From Sphaerodactylus townsendi (Eukaryota): a stretch of 64,000 nucleotides of DNA. The stretch covers positions 43,462,001 to 43,526,000 of the forward strand of contig NC_059431.1 in assembly GCF_021028975.2 (NCBI RefSeq). Reading direction: 5' to 3'. This document shows positions 49,011 to 62,507 of this stretch, piece after piece. The position numbers and the translations under genes are program-made. Each line of letters starts with the position of its first letter. Position 1 is the stretch's first letter. The notes beneath the pieces were generated by a model. It did no database searches. It had not been told where the DNA came from and saw only the letters and a list, made by a program, of their open reading frames with translations.

Positions 49011-50699
49011 TTTTAGGTTATTTTGGGTCAGTCCAAAACTGTCCTAAATAAGTTGCTGTCCTCTGAAGCTCAAGGTTTTCAGCTTTTCCCCTTCATCTTA
49101 CTTTGTTTAAGCATGCTTAAGGAAATACCACTTCACTGTTTTGGAAGACAGCAGAGTTATCTTACTGCCCTCTGCTAAAGCCCTGCAAAGCTAGAACTTT
49201 CCCCCCATAATTTACTCAAATCTGGTAAAATGAAAGTAATATAAACACTGCCTTTGGTAGGCAGGAAACATTAGGAGATATTCACAGACTTGTGAAGATG
49301 AAAACAAAAGGAGGGAAGAACAGTGTCATAAGCTGCTTTGAAAAGTTTGGTATAAATAAAATCTAAACAAATAAATACCAGGATGTCTAGCATCACACTC
49401 AGATCTGAACAACACTGACCCAATGAGAGGCTTCAGGAAAGAATGTATTCTTGTGTTTGTGAAATTGTCTCTTTATTCTGTACAATAGGGACAATGGTTG
49501 ATGCACATATACCAAAGTGACAGAGAAAGAGCTTACTTCCCAGATTGTAGAGTCCAGTCATTCATCAAGTTTTTCTGAAAACCTTTTCCTAATTTTAAAC
49601 TTGACTCAGACCATTCAGTGCAAGCTGGATGGATTTGAGCTTTTTTAAAAAATCCACCAATACACCAAATCATGCTCCAAATCCAATCTTTATGGAAATG
49701 ACTTAACATGAATACAACAGAAATGGGAATGTAATTCTGCTGTTCTAAAATTGTTAAAATAAATGACAAAAGGATTGTAAGACACAGTTTGCACCATTTA
49801 AAAAATAGCTTGAGGTATTATTACTGATATTATTAATAATAATGGCAACACAGTAATAAGTGTAATTCTAAATACTAATAATTGTAATTATTAATAATAA
49901 TCAATAATTAGTGGAATGAATCAAAGAGTCAACAGTGGGATAGAAATGCATTCCCAGCTGTAGATTCAGAGACATTCACCCAACTTTCATGAGATAGGCA
50001 ATGATATCTCAAAATGAGGCTTTCAAGCTGTTCTGCCTAGTACTTAGAGTGACACTACACAAGAGTCAAAGTGGATGTTATGTGGATAATTCATGATGAG
50101 TATCTACACTTCATTTTTTCTTTCTTCTTTTTTTTAACTTTAAGGCAACTATGTGGAGTTGAAAATTTTACTGAGACGGTGTAATCGTTTCCTGCTCTGA
50201 CAGGAAATTGTTTCCTGGTCTGACAGGCCATCCTATGCAGAGTTAAACCCTCCTAAGTCCATTAGTGGATTTGGAACTCTGCTTAGGATGTCACTGTAAT
50301 CACTTGTATACATGAACTCATGTAGACTTGCATTCATGGCAGGCTGCTGCAATGATAAAAAATAAATGTACCAATGTATCTGAGGGCTACATTTCCCTGA
50401 CAAGAATGTGCCTTTATTAATATTAAAAGTGAGCCCAAAGAAATGCATCCCATCTGCGCACAGACTCTGTGTGGGTAACAGTTTGATTATGCAGCTCACA
50501 GTTCAAGGAAAAGAGGTCAAACAGATATGCCCTTGAGGAGTTGCAGAAACTCATACTTTGTAGAGCAGAGTGTGCTTTGCAACCCTCAGATGTAGGAGAC
50601 TATGTGTTTCTTAACAACCGGTGTGTTTCTTAACAACCTTGACCACATGTTGCGGTCAAATGACGCTGTATTACATGGAGTGAGATCACTGGCTGCATT

Positions 50700-50831
50700 T
50701 AGCCCAGTGCTGTGTACTGTGATTGTCAAGAGACCTCCAAGGTTTCAGGTAGGGGAAATGCATTGCTGGGTGTTACTCAGGATCTTATGCATGCAAAGCA
50801 TGTGCTTGACCATTGAGCTATATGACCTCCC
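50700..50831 (-). mobile_element. tRNA(Ala)-like SINE head
   Basis: Reverse complement tagctcaatggtcaagcacatgctttgcatgcataagatcctgag resembles tRNA-Ala with a decayed B box. Confidence 0.55.
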
Positions 50832-52254
50832 ACATTCCCTCCAAAAAAACCTTTTCAAGGTACAAAGTCAGATCTTCCTTAGCAAGGCAAAACACGGCAA
50901 AACACACGAGGCCACAGTTATATATATAGTCGAGAAATGATTCAGCATACATCCAGATTTAGCTCCTGCATTTTGTTTACACTGTAATGTATTAGACGTT
51001 TTTAAAAATTCATGCCTGCTGGTAAGCAATATCGTAACTATGACCACATCTCTATAGAAATACTTGTACTAATCAAGGGTCTGAAAATAGGTGTTAAAAT
51101 TAAAATCAAGTATTTCCCCCCCCCCAAAGACATGTGGAAAGCAAATTGCCACATCATTATAATTCTCAGTAGGTTCTGAATAATATACTTCTCTTCCCCA
51201 AAGACCATATGACCAAGTCTTAAAGAATCTCTAGTAGTCCTAAAGTATGTAAAGGAATTGGTCATGCAGCAATAACAGTATGTATTATTCATAAGACCAT
51301 CTCTTTCAATGGCAGTAAACCTACACTTCCTGGCCCTGTTGTAGGGCTCAGTGCAGGTTACAGTTTAAAAGCAAGTACAGGTCTATGTATTTCCAAGCAT
51401 GCATGGAATTGGAGAGTATTTCTACAATTTGAGTTTGGGAATATTTGTAAGAAAAAAGATAACATTGTAAGATGACAATCAGAAGCAAATTTGACATAAT
51501 GGAAGGCAGCGGTGATGGTGGTGGTGGAAATGTTTAACATGATAGCTTGAGAGTCAAAGATATCAGGGGAATTATCCCAATTAGCAGCGTCCAACGGTCA
51601 TATTTTTAGGGTTTCAACCTTTGACCAATTAGTCAATTGGGTCCATCACTTAAAATCCTTTTCTAAGTTAAAAGCTGCTCCTAATTAATGAAGTGGAGAT
51701 TATAAAAATTACATATACTGAAAACTACTGTGGGTGGCAGAAGCCATCATAAGAGTGGCACACTTTTCTCTCTCAGAAGAGGGAATAAGTCTTCAATGAT
51801 GCTTGATGAGACATGTGAACATAAGTCAGTAGCCATTTTTAACTGCTGTTTTATTAAAATGAAATGCCTCTGATTTAACATATTAACTAATTGATTAGAA
51901 TGTATATAACTGATTAAGATTTCATTCATTGCATGACAGCCCTTCACGTTTCCTTTTTTTTCTGACTATGGGATTAGAATGTCACATTTCTCAGTTGGCA
52001 AGCAGGAGAATGAAGTGGGAATACCCGTCATGGACATGTGGCAGATGGGCCATATGTTGTATTCTTTCGCCCTAAACTTTTACTTCTCCTTTTGATTCCT
52101 CCTTAGTCATTCTCTCACCTGGAGGGTGAGGGGTGGATCTGCCAGTGGGCAGCTGCCACAGCCCACAGAGTGGAACACAGAGCTGAATGCCACATCAGCA
52201 TCCTAGTGTCCCACCACTGCCATGAAAGCCTTCGACAGTATACTGAAGGGTTGT

Positions 52255-52398
52255 TTAGAGACTACAGTGAATTATGACAGCATGTGTAAGAAGTTCTATA
52301 ACAGTGTCAAAAATATTATACACCTTAGCGAGAGGCCCCCTAGATTTTGAGGCCCTAGGCTTCAGCCTGCCAAGCCTATAGGTAAATCTCTGTTCCTG
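52255..52398. mobile_element. hAT-like MITE right end
   Basis: gaggccctaggcttcagcct..gcctataggtaaatc..cctg terminus. Confidence 0.45.
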
Positions 52399-53605
52399 TC
52401 TTATCTGATTGCTAACTGGGGTTGAAGGCCTCAGTTCTTCAACCCCAAAAAGCATTTGCACACATGCCTTGGTTTTGGTTCTTTGAATTGTAAACCATGC
52501 ATCAGGAAATTTCACAAAAGCAATTCTCAAAGATATTATAGCCAGAATATTCAGGGATATACAAATATTATCCACCAGCTCTACTGAGATGTGACCTACT
52601 AATGTGGCCTCTCTGACCTGGAACACAGTACCTTAAGCCGTTTTTAAACTGCCCTGAGTCATAGCATTCTATGAACCTGAACACAAAGGATAAAACGAAG
52701 AACACCTTTAATTATTTCCCCTAAATCTGTGTCCAAGAAATGTCAGTCTTTTATAAGTTGCTAGATGAATAATACCCCTTTTCTGCGATAACATCATTAC
52801 AACTGCTAAGCTGTTTCATGTTGCAATTAAGCCATTTTTTTAAGAAAAGCAATTTTGCTCCACATTTTGGTTCATGGCTGATGAGTACCATGTTGAGTTT
52901 CAAAAGAATCACGAAATGTAGAGCAAATCTCAGCTGAAACCCTCTGTGCTTGGCTATTCAGAAAGAGATTTATGTAATTTCCTCCCAAAACAGTAAGCTG
53001 GCCCACGAGTGCATGATAATGAAGATTTATCTGGAAATGTGGCTCTGTTGAGAGTTCACCCTTTTCAAGTCAATCTGGTCTGAATTTGCTTGCTTTGAAA
53101 TCTCAGTGTAGAAGTTAAAGTAATTACCTCAATAGACTAAAAATCTACTGCCATATCTTTATGATTCTTGATCAAAATAAAAAGCAGCTACTTCTAAGGG
53201 AATTTTCCCTCGAGGCTGGTATTCTTGACTTCATCGAACAAAATAGCAAAAATCATAGTAACTTTTAGCCTGATACTCAAAAATAGATTGCACTACAGCA
53301 TTAGATTTGAGGTTGTGCATGTGTGTGGCACATGTACCCAAGCCACTTTGTTGCATCCCTTTGATCCGCATGTGCAAGAACATTATAGTCCATGCCTGGA
53401 ACAAGCAAAATATTTAAACAGGTACTACAGGACACTGAGAGAGCCACATAGGAAACCAGGGAGGGGACAAGGTAGAGGAAGAGTTGGCATTTCATGAGAA
53501 TAGCTGGACTTATTTTATTCAAAGTGCAGAAGGATGACATTTCCTTTAAATACCTGTGTACATTTACCTGGAAACTAAGGATGGCTGGACATCTTTTCTT
53601 TTTCT

Positions 53606-53692
53606 TTCCATATGTTGCCATTTTGAATAGCTGGTGTTGACTTTTTTGATTCCATATGTTGCCATTTTGAATAGCTGGTGTTGACTTTTTTG
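53606..53692. repeat. 44-bp tandem duplication
   Basis: ttccatatgttgccattttgaatagctggtgttgacttttttg twice, perfect. Confidence 0.95.
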
Positions 53693-56600
53693 TCATTCCT
53701 GTTTTGACACAATGAATGATAATGTGCAATGATGATTTATGGATGACCAAATAATTCTGAAGGTTGTGCACAGGAAAAAAAACTTAATTTGAAAACATAA
53801 TGGAATTAAAGAGACTAGGGATTGATTTATACAAAGAAAAACTAGAATTAATAAGTGAGGAAATTCAAATTCAGCCAACAAATTTATGGAATTTGAAACA
53901 TCTCTACTAGAAATCCTGACTGGACCAGAATTACCAAACATTTGTACATTAGTATATCTACATTTTTTTCTCCTGGGAAATATTAGTCTAATTCCTGTCT
54001 TTCAAGAAGCAGCTGTAATGAATAGATACCCTCTCTTACTGTAGCAAGCCAGCAATCATTCCGTTGACTTTCAAAAAATGCAGACCTGTATTTGTTCCAC
54101 AGTAAGATCGTGATTTTGTTGTTTCATCTCCCAGAAGTGCAAAAATATAAAACAATTCATCCTGGAAGCTCCAAAATACCACTACTGAGCAATGGTTCTC
54201 TGTTCATGTTACTGTAATGAACTTGAAAGACAGATGAATCACTTTATTATTTAATATATTGATTGTGGTCAAAGATAATTGTATTAGCTAGACATAATAT
54301 ATGAGCAAAGTACTAGAGTACTATCGTACAGGCTGGTACAAGCTGGCTTACTGAAAACATTGCTTTAATAAGAGTTTTAACCTATATTTTAAAGCAATTA
54401 CGATTTAACTGACAAGAATATTTGAGTATATATTATCTCATTTTGATTTGAAAACCATGCTTGCATGCACAAATGTCTGAATGTGAAATTGGCAGTGAGA
54501 TTTTTTAAGCCTTTATTCAGCTTTTTTTTTTAAATCCTGGAATTTATGGACTTTTTGAATTTTATTATAGAAAGCATAACCAGAATAAAAATAGGTTTCT
54601 TGAGCTTCATTAAAATCACAGCTATAATTTTGCTGATTTTATTCAGGTGGCTTCTCCATAGAAAATTAAAATTTGAGAAAACTATAGTACCTACCAACTA
54701 CAGGAAGAAAAAGTGCTGGAGAAGTTTGGGAAATGTTATCTGCAGCAAAAATGAATTGTAATCATGAACTAACTCTATTTACAGATCATAGACATACTCA
54801 CTGTACCTGTTCTGCCCCCCAAGTGAATCTGTTTTGGTGCCCTGTACTTGGCTAGGACAGAGTGGGGGAGACACAAGCCAGGTTCAACCATTCAAACAAT
54901 AGGTTCATTACTTAGGAGAATTAAGACCCTAACTCCTTCCTTGGGTCTGTCTAAATCAAAGTACTTGCTTGTCTTGAGCAGATTTGAGGCTGTAGACTGT
55001 GTCTTCTCTTGGCAGCTTTCAAGAAAGTCCACTGTGCCTTGCTTCCTTTTAGTTTCTTCAGTCTTTTGTCTGATTCAAATTGCTATTAACCTTAACTTGT
55101 GCTCTATATATCACCATAGACTACTATGGACCACCATATACGTCACGAATATTACAGTCTCCAGCTACCCTTGGCACCTTGCTCAGAATGACTGGCGAGA
55201 GCTAAAACAGGGGATTGCCCTGGAAAATGCAGTTTTAGCAGCAAGCCTGATATCGTTAGTAAGAACACCACGATACTTAGAATATATATAACATTATACT
55301 CCTGGATAAGGATGACCTGGAGAATTACATGACTGCTGGCTGCGCATCAGGCTGATGAAAGCCACATCAACTCCCTCTGCCCCAGTTCCCATTATTTAAC
55401 CATTAATGCTAGACCCAGTTCTGTGGTCCACCTGTATAACAAGAAACTTGTGTCCTCAGCAGACAGCCCAAAGCTTCCTGGATGTGCGGCGAGAAACACA
55501 AGGGTGTACAATCAATATATAGTAAAGGCTCCTGGAAGCAGCTCAATCCGTATGATTAAATTGAAAGAAGAGGCTGTGGTGGAACTTCCTATTATGTTCT
55601 TAGCTTGTGGACACTCAAATGTCAGCATTCTGCATACTAGTCAAATTTGAATGTTGTAATATCAAAAATGAATCTACAATTACCAAAAATTACTAACAAA
55701 GGATTTTTTTTAAAAAAATATTTATATCACCTTTGAGGTATCTCTACCCTCTTTGCTTGTATTTGTATCTTTTTTATCTCATCCTGTAAAGGAGAGCTTT
55801 CATGTACTATTTTTTGTACATTCCAAGGCTGCTACATTTTCTTTGAAACTCTCAAGGGTATTTTATATTATTAACACAATGCTTTGCAGTCAGTGGGAGG
55901 CATATCTCTGTAAAGTAAGATGTGTGGTGTGTTGCTAGCTATAATGACTTTATTGTGCACTGCAATAGTATAGAGATTTCAGCTGCTTGAAGCTAAGCTG
56001 GCATCCCAAGCATAGCAAGTATGACAGTACAGTCACAGATCCCTGCCCTATTTGCAGTTCACAGCCCACCAGCCAAATCAACCCACAAGACAATACAAGT
56101 GGTAAAGGACCCTTATGAAATATTGTTTCTTTTTTTAAAGTTATGAATGATCCTTCCGGAACATTGCAGTCATCAACAGTTATGAAAGAGCTATACTTCT
56201 TCTAGGGATCAGGGAATATACCAATCCTTTTATTGGTCCATAGATTTGCTCCACGCCTGTGTTCTACTCATCAGGAATTCTGGTTTGACTGAGGGAATGT
56301 CTCAAGAAAAGTCTGTTCAAGAAATGGAGCATGCATCATTCATCTCTTTTAATACGTTTCACTTATTTGAATTTTTCCCCACATATCTTCCAAGTGTTTA
56401 ACTATACATTGAAAAACACTCTAAAAGTATAACTGACTTTTGATTGCATCAAGATGCTTTTTGTGCAGTATTTGACTGAGATGCATGAGACCATATAAAG
56501 AATGTTGATATGGTCATTCATACAACTGAATTGCATTTTGTTTGTCAATGGATTTATTTATTTATTTTCAATGTTTGTGTGGTACCTTTCCACCCAATGT

Positions 56601-56717
56601 AGGGTCCCAAGATAGAGAACAATAAAAACAATGTTTAAAATACATATTAAAATATATAAAATATTTAGAACAGTTAAATAAAGTATATAAACACACAGAC
56701 ACAGACACAGAGGCAAA

Positions 56718-57154
56718 TGTAACCTCAGCTTGTGAGTTCTGTGAGGCAGTACTTGGAAGGAGTTGCAAAGAAACTAAATTTAAAACAAAATGGTTTACTT
56801 TCTTAACAAATAACACTTTTAACATTTAACATTTAACACATTACAGTCCTGTTAAGTTGCATTTTCAAGTCCTTATATTTACAGTCTACTGATATTGCCA
56901 AGTCCAATTCTTGTGGGTTGGCTCCTGAAGACTCCAAGGGCTTGATGAACAGGATTCAACATGATGAAGGTTTCCAGGAGAACTCTCACCCATTACAACC
57001 ACAAAAACCCTTAACAAGGTGTTAAGGGCTTATACAAATCAAGGTCCGAGTCTGGTAGCCTTGTCTCCTCCAAACTACATGAGCTCTGCAGCCTCCTGCT
57101 GCTTTGAGTCTCCACCCCTTTCTGGATCAACCCATTCTGAGCATGGGGGTTACA
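56718..57154 (-). mobile_element. Solo LTR (same family as 37670)
   Basis: tgtaacc...ggttaca ends, with 4-bp TSD caaa on both sides. Confidence 0.88.
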
Positions 57155-57158
57155 CAAA

Positions 57159-57605
57159 GATTGGACAAACTGGTCAGTCCTTATGCAAAAGAAAAAATGG
57201 GCATTAAAAACCACAAACTAAAAAAAAAGAGCCATGAGAGAACATTTTAATCTTCTGGGGCATTCCAATTCTAATAGTGACAGTCCTCAAACAAAAAAAA
57301 CCCCCTTTCAAGTGGAGATTACAATGTAAGATTGCTGAACTTGACTTCATTTACAAGTTCAGAACAATGGATCCCCCGGGCTGAATATGGATATATATCT
57401 CACTACAGATCCCCCTAAACCTTTGTCCTCTGCTCTAATCAATCTATATTGTACCTTTGCCTCTTGAGTTCCTTCTTTGCAATACCCCCCCACCTTCTGA
57501 AAGGAATATACTAAGAGATCTCCATTCCTATTAGTGCCTGATGAAAGGAGCTTTGACTCTCAAAAGCTTATACCCTGAAAATAAGGTGCAATTGGAATTG
57601 AATTT
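57159..57605 (+). mobile_element. Penelope-like element 3' part (GIY-YIG endonuclease end plus pseudo-LTR)
   Basis: Decayed IGQTGQSL.KR.NGH..., EHFNL.GHS, IAELDFIYKFRTMDPPGLN, then ctgatga..aaagcttatac. Confidence 0.8.
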
Positions 57606-60159
57606 AACTATGTGATCCCTCTGTCCCCTTTTGTGTCATCTTCTCTTTGCCTATGGTCTTATTTTTTTTTCAGATTGTAAGCCTGCATGCAGGGTTTGTT
57701 CTGTTAAAATACTATCCGTAGTGCCCAGTTTATGAAACACTTCATAAATAACAAACATTATTCAGATTACTTCATCTTCTACCTCAGTCAGATGGTTTTT
57801 GAATCTTAAAAAATTCCCAAATGCTCAATGTTTTCTTTATAAGAATGATGGATTATTCTGATGTCCCACATCAAATATTTGTATTGCCTTTTCACTGTAC
57901 TTTCCAAAGTCCTGCCATATTCTTTTTGAGATGAAGCGACTCATATCTAGCTTCCTTCTTCTTGCTGTTGCCTTTTTATGGCAATAGAAATGTCAGTAAA
58001 CCGCAATGCTAATTGGTCCTACTGAAGAAGCATCAAACAAACAAAATAATAAGTTATACTGCACTAACAAAAACACTCTGTAATGGTATCATAGATAAAA
58101 CAGAACAGTTTTTCTATGAGAACAGCACCAACAGTTTGGATTCCCGCCCTCCACCTCTGCTTCTCCACAGACTACAGTACCCCATTTCTTAGTCTTAAGG
58201 GAACATTCCAGGCCCATCAACATTTTCTAGACTTCTTCTGGTCATTTCATTGGGGTTCAATCATTGTCCCCTAACATTTCATACATTTCCCTTAAATAGA
58301 TAAAAAGTGCCTGGCTAGTGGGTGTTATTGTAACACACTGCCAGGCGAGACTCTTAATTCAAATGCCATGCTGAGTCCCAAGCTGGCAAGGCTTGAGAGC
58401 CTGCAAGAACAACAATCTTAACAGCTGGTAGAGAAAATGTCTCACCCGTTAATGACTCACTCCAGCCAACTCTAGCTACATCAGTGACAGGTTCCACTTT
58501 GAGCCATGACTGATCAGCAAGAAGAATCTGGGGACATATGTCTGAGAATGGCAGTATGGCAGGCTCTGATAATATCTCAGTAATCAATATCCATCAGTTG
58601 TTCATGCAGTGATTGCCGAGACAGGAGCACAGAGTTGCTTTCTCCATGCACTCATTAGGAATGCAAAGATTTAGTCGCTAGTGGAGATGTTAAGGTAATT
58701 AGCAGGGGGGGAAATGGAAGAAATGTACGTTGCTATAGCAATACATTCATCATGATCTGCTGCATAAACACCCAGATTAATTTACAAGATGCCAGATAGA
58801 CATCTGCATGGTACTTGCAGACACCAACTTATTTGCTTTTATTAAGGCTTAATCATCGACAGTAGAGCTTTCAAGGTATGCTTGCTATCACTGTCAATCA
58901 TAGAGAGATGCTGAATGCTTTTAAGGGCAAATTCACCAAGGCAGCAAACAGCTTAAGTGCTAGGTTTTGCACAATTCATCTCCACAGGGATCAAAGTGGA
59001 AGGGGGAATTGGAATCTCTCTCCCAGGTGACAGGACAGAACCCTATCACAGCACGGACGTGTGAGTAATCCATGCCACATTGCCTTTTGCTCTGTGGGAA
59101 GTGGGAGCAGCACTAGCAGAGCACCAGATGCTAGCAACACCCCTTGCATACCTTATCATTCAAAAAGTCCATAGCTAATAAAATGAATGGCATCACTGTG
59201 ATGTTCACATGCCTTGACCTGGCAGATGTGAGAGCTCTGTTCAAGGAAAGGTGCAGCCTAAATGAGACAGATCTAGTTGACCTCTGCAAATATAACAAAA
59301 AAGTTTAATTGCTACTGAGTGCTGATATGGTGGCTATTTTGTATACGAATAGGAAGACTGTGGAAGGCTTGAATTGCTGTATGTTTCTTGGCCTTTCAGC
59401 AGTATCTTGAACGTTGGACTACCGGGACTGAGCCAGGTATCTAAGAAATAAGTATTGTTGTGTCTAGAAAATAGTGTGTCCAGCAAATAGCTATTGCATC
59501 TTCATTAGACCTGTGCATGAGAATTTGTTTCATTTCTGTTGTTCATTCCAGAAGCCCCTGTTTCATTATCAGGTTGTTTTGTCTGATTTTGTTTTGTTAT
59601 TGTTTCTTTGCTACTGTTTTATTTTCATAGTGCTATCCCATTATTATGTCCAGTTGGTTTCAATGGAAGATACACATACACGCTTCTCATGGTTTTCCAT
59701 CCAAATTGGGCAAAACTCAAGGATAACCACACAGCCAGATTTCAGATAGATAGAAGGAATCTTCTTTCCTTTTGAGGCAGTGAAAGGACCCATGTTTAAC
59801 ATTTATGTGTCTGAGTGAATTGATAGAAAAAATTCCAAATGGTAAGCCAGACAGCACTGCAACCACTTAACTTGAGGAAAAGTAACATGAAGAGGAAGCA
59901 GACTGACACAGCAGTGTATTTGGTGGCTGTGCAGTGCAGAAACGGCCCTGTTTGGGGAGCAGTAGGCAAGCAGGGAAGGGCAGACTGCAAGGGAAAATAT
60001 GGCACAGCAAGGGGGAGAAAGGACCACAATAACAAATTAGGTTAATAATGACATTAATTATTAAAACACTATATCCCATTTCAGATGGTTTTGAGTCAAT
60101 TAGACAGCTTTAAGGTGCCAGTGGATATCTGATAATCAAAGAGAAGGAGGAGGAGGGCC

Positions 60160-61103
60160 AGGTTGAAAGACTAGTAAAGCTCAATAAAAGAATGTAGCTT
60201 TATCAATCAACAATCCAGTTGAACCTCTCTGTCTTGCAGGCCTGTCTTGCAGGCCCACAGGGCTCTGGTCTCAGCCAAGTGAGAATTCCACTAGGTTGGA
60301 TTCAGGGCCGAAAATGCTAGTCAGACATTCCTGGAAGCAGGAACCACCAAGAGGTTACTATCAGCAGGGCATAATGCTCGCCAGGTACAATACAGGGAGA
60401 GGCAGTTCCATGGATATGATGGTTCCAGACCATTTAAGGCCTTGAAGGTCAAAACCCAAACCTTGAACTCAACTAGTAACCAGTGCAGGTGGAGAAGCAT
60501 AGAATAAATATATGCTCTTACTGCGGTCCTATAAAGACCCTTGCAACCACATTCTGGACCAGTTGTAGCTCCTGAAGCTGTCTTAAAAGCAGGGCAACAT
60601 AGAGCAGATTACAGTAAACCAGCCTGGAGGTGACCATTTCATGGATCACTGTAGCTAGGTCCATCTGAGACAAGTAAAGAGCCAGTTGTCTAGCCTGGTG
60701 GAAAAGGAGGAAAGCCACCTTGGTTGTATGTGTCACCTGGACCTCCACTGACAAGAAAGACTGTAAGATCACACCCAGGCGTTTGATGGAAACACGTGTT
60801 ATTGCCACACTGTCCAGTTTGGGCAGTTGAAAACTTCTCTCCCCCAGGCCCCCTCAGCTGAGCTGCAAAACCTCTTTCTCTGGTGGATTCAATTTTAGCT
60901 TGTTGTTTTTCAACTATTCTGCCATAGCCGCCAGACACCTAGTTCAATATACTGGGGGAAGGGGGGTGGCGGCTAGCCACCCCTTCATCAGCAGATATAG
61001 CTGGGTGTCATCAGTTCACTGATGGCAGCCCAGCCCAAAACTCTGGACCAGTTGTGACATATAGATGTTAAATAACATTGGTGAAAGGATTGCTCCCTGT
61101 GGC
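60160..61103 (-). mobile_element. L2 LINE RT / C-terminal fragment
   Basis: PQGAILSPMLFNIY at the right end, and ARQLALYLSQMDLATVIHEMVTSRLVYCNLLYVALL. Confidence 0.85.
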
Positions 61104-61673
61104 AAAGCAGGAATGTTTTGATTGACATATTGAGTTTTGTATGTCTTCACCTAACATTAATATAAAGAAATATATCTCAGCATGCACATTCAGGATATAA
61201 TTCTATAGTTCAGATTTGAAAAGTTGCTTTTGTATTTTCAAGTGGACAATAAAGAGATAAAACACCATTGTGATCAATTCAAAAATGTTCCATCGGAAGA
61301 AAGAGACTGGAAGATAGAAAGAATACAGCTGGCAAAAAAACCAATTAAACAGTAAAACAGAATAAGGTACATAAAGTGCTTATTCATGAATCTGCTTCCC
61401 TTCGTATGATTTTTACAACATACAACGATGCAAGGGAAACTGAATTTTCACTCAACATACTTTGCTGTACTGTGCCATTTAAATTATCTCTCCCCCAACA
61501 CATACCCACGCACCTAGTTCAGTACCAGTACTGAAGCTAGGCTAGGAGAAAACTGCTTGTAGGAGTAACACATTACAAACTTATTGGTAAAGGAGAGGGA
61601 GATTTTATTTATCTTACCCTGCCACCGACCTCAGGTTTTTTTCTGTTGCAACATAGAGTAGAGTAAACTTGCT

Positions 61674-62507
61674 ATAGTCTTTGAGAACTCCCGGAGAACA
61701 GGAGAGGTCCCAGTGAACTGGAGGAGGCCTAATGTTATCCCCATCTTCAAAAAAGGGAAAAAGGAGGACATTAATAATTATCGTCCAGTCAGCCTGACTT
61801 CAATACCAGGGAAGATTCTGGAGCAGATTATTAAACAGACGGTCTGTCAGCACTTAGAAGGGAATATTGTGATCACAAAAAGTCAGCATGGGTTTCTGAA
61901 AAACAAGTCATGCCAGACTAATCTTATATCTTTTTTTGATAGAGTGGCAAGCTTGGTAGATGAAGGGAATGCTGTGGACATAGCATACTTTGATTTTAGT
62001 AAAGCTTTTGACAGGGTGCTCCATAATATTCTCGTAAGTAAGTGAAATGTGGACTAGACAATGTTACTATTAGATGGGTTTCTAATTGGTTGACTGACAG
62101 AACTCAGGGTGCTCATTAATGGCTCATCTTCATTCTGGAGAGAAGTGACTAATGGGGTGCCACAGGTTTCTGTCCTGGGCCCAGTGCTATTCAATATTTT
62201 TATCAACTACTTGGATGATGGGATAGAGGGCATGCTAATCAAAGGAGAGGGAGATTTTATTTATCTTACCCTACCACTGACCTCAGTTTTTTTCTGTTGC
62301 AACTACATAGAGTAGTGTAAACTTGCTATAGTCTTTGAGAACTCCTGGAGAACAGGAGAGGTCCCAGTGGACTGGAGGAGGCCTAATGTTATCCCCATCT
62401 TCAAAAAAGGGAAAAAGGAGGACATTAATAATTACCATCCTGCATTGCAGGGGGTTGGACTACATGGTCCTTGAGGTCTCTTCCAACTCTATGATTCTAT
62501 GATTCTA
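61674..62507 (+). mobile_element. CR1 LINE, rearranged (RT fragment, duplicated junction, 3' tail)
   Basis: WRRPNVIPIFKKGKKEDINNYRPVSLTS...DFSKAFD and GVPQ.SVLGPVLFNIFIN. Ends in the (attctatg)n CR1 tail. Confidence 0.92.

Noticed and set aside
50750-50831. tRNA-Ala gene
   Set aside because: The B box and acceptor stem are decayed; it is a SINE head.
53301-55291. ORFs of 147-156 aa (53301-53771, 54848-55291)
   Set aside because: Composition is typical of random AT-rich DNA, one ORF crosses a tandem duplication, and neither has a recognisable motif.
37670-57154. One provirus bounded by the two LTRs
   Set aside because: No gag/pol between them, the outer flanks do not match, and the second LTR has its own TSD.
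61713-62315. Functional reverse transcriptase gene or novel RT system
   Set aside because: Ordinary frameshifted, truncated CR1 ORF2.
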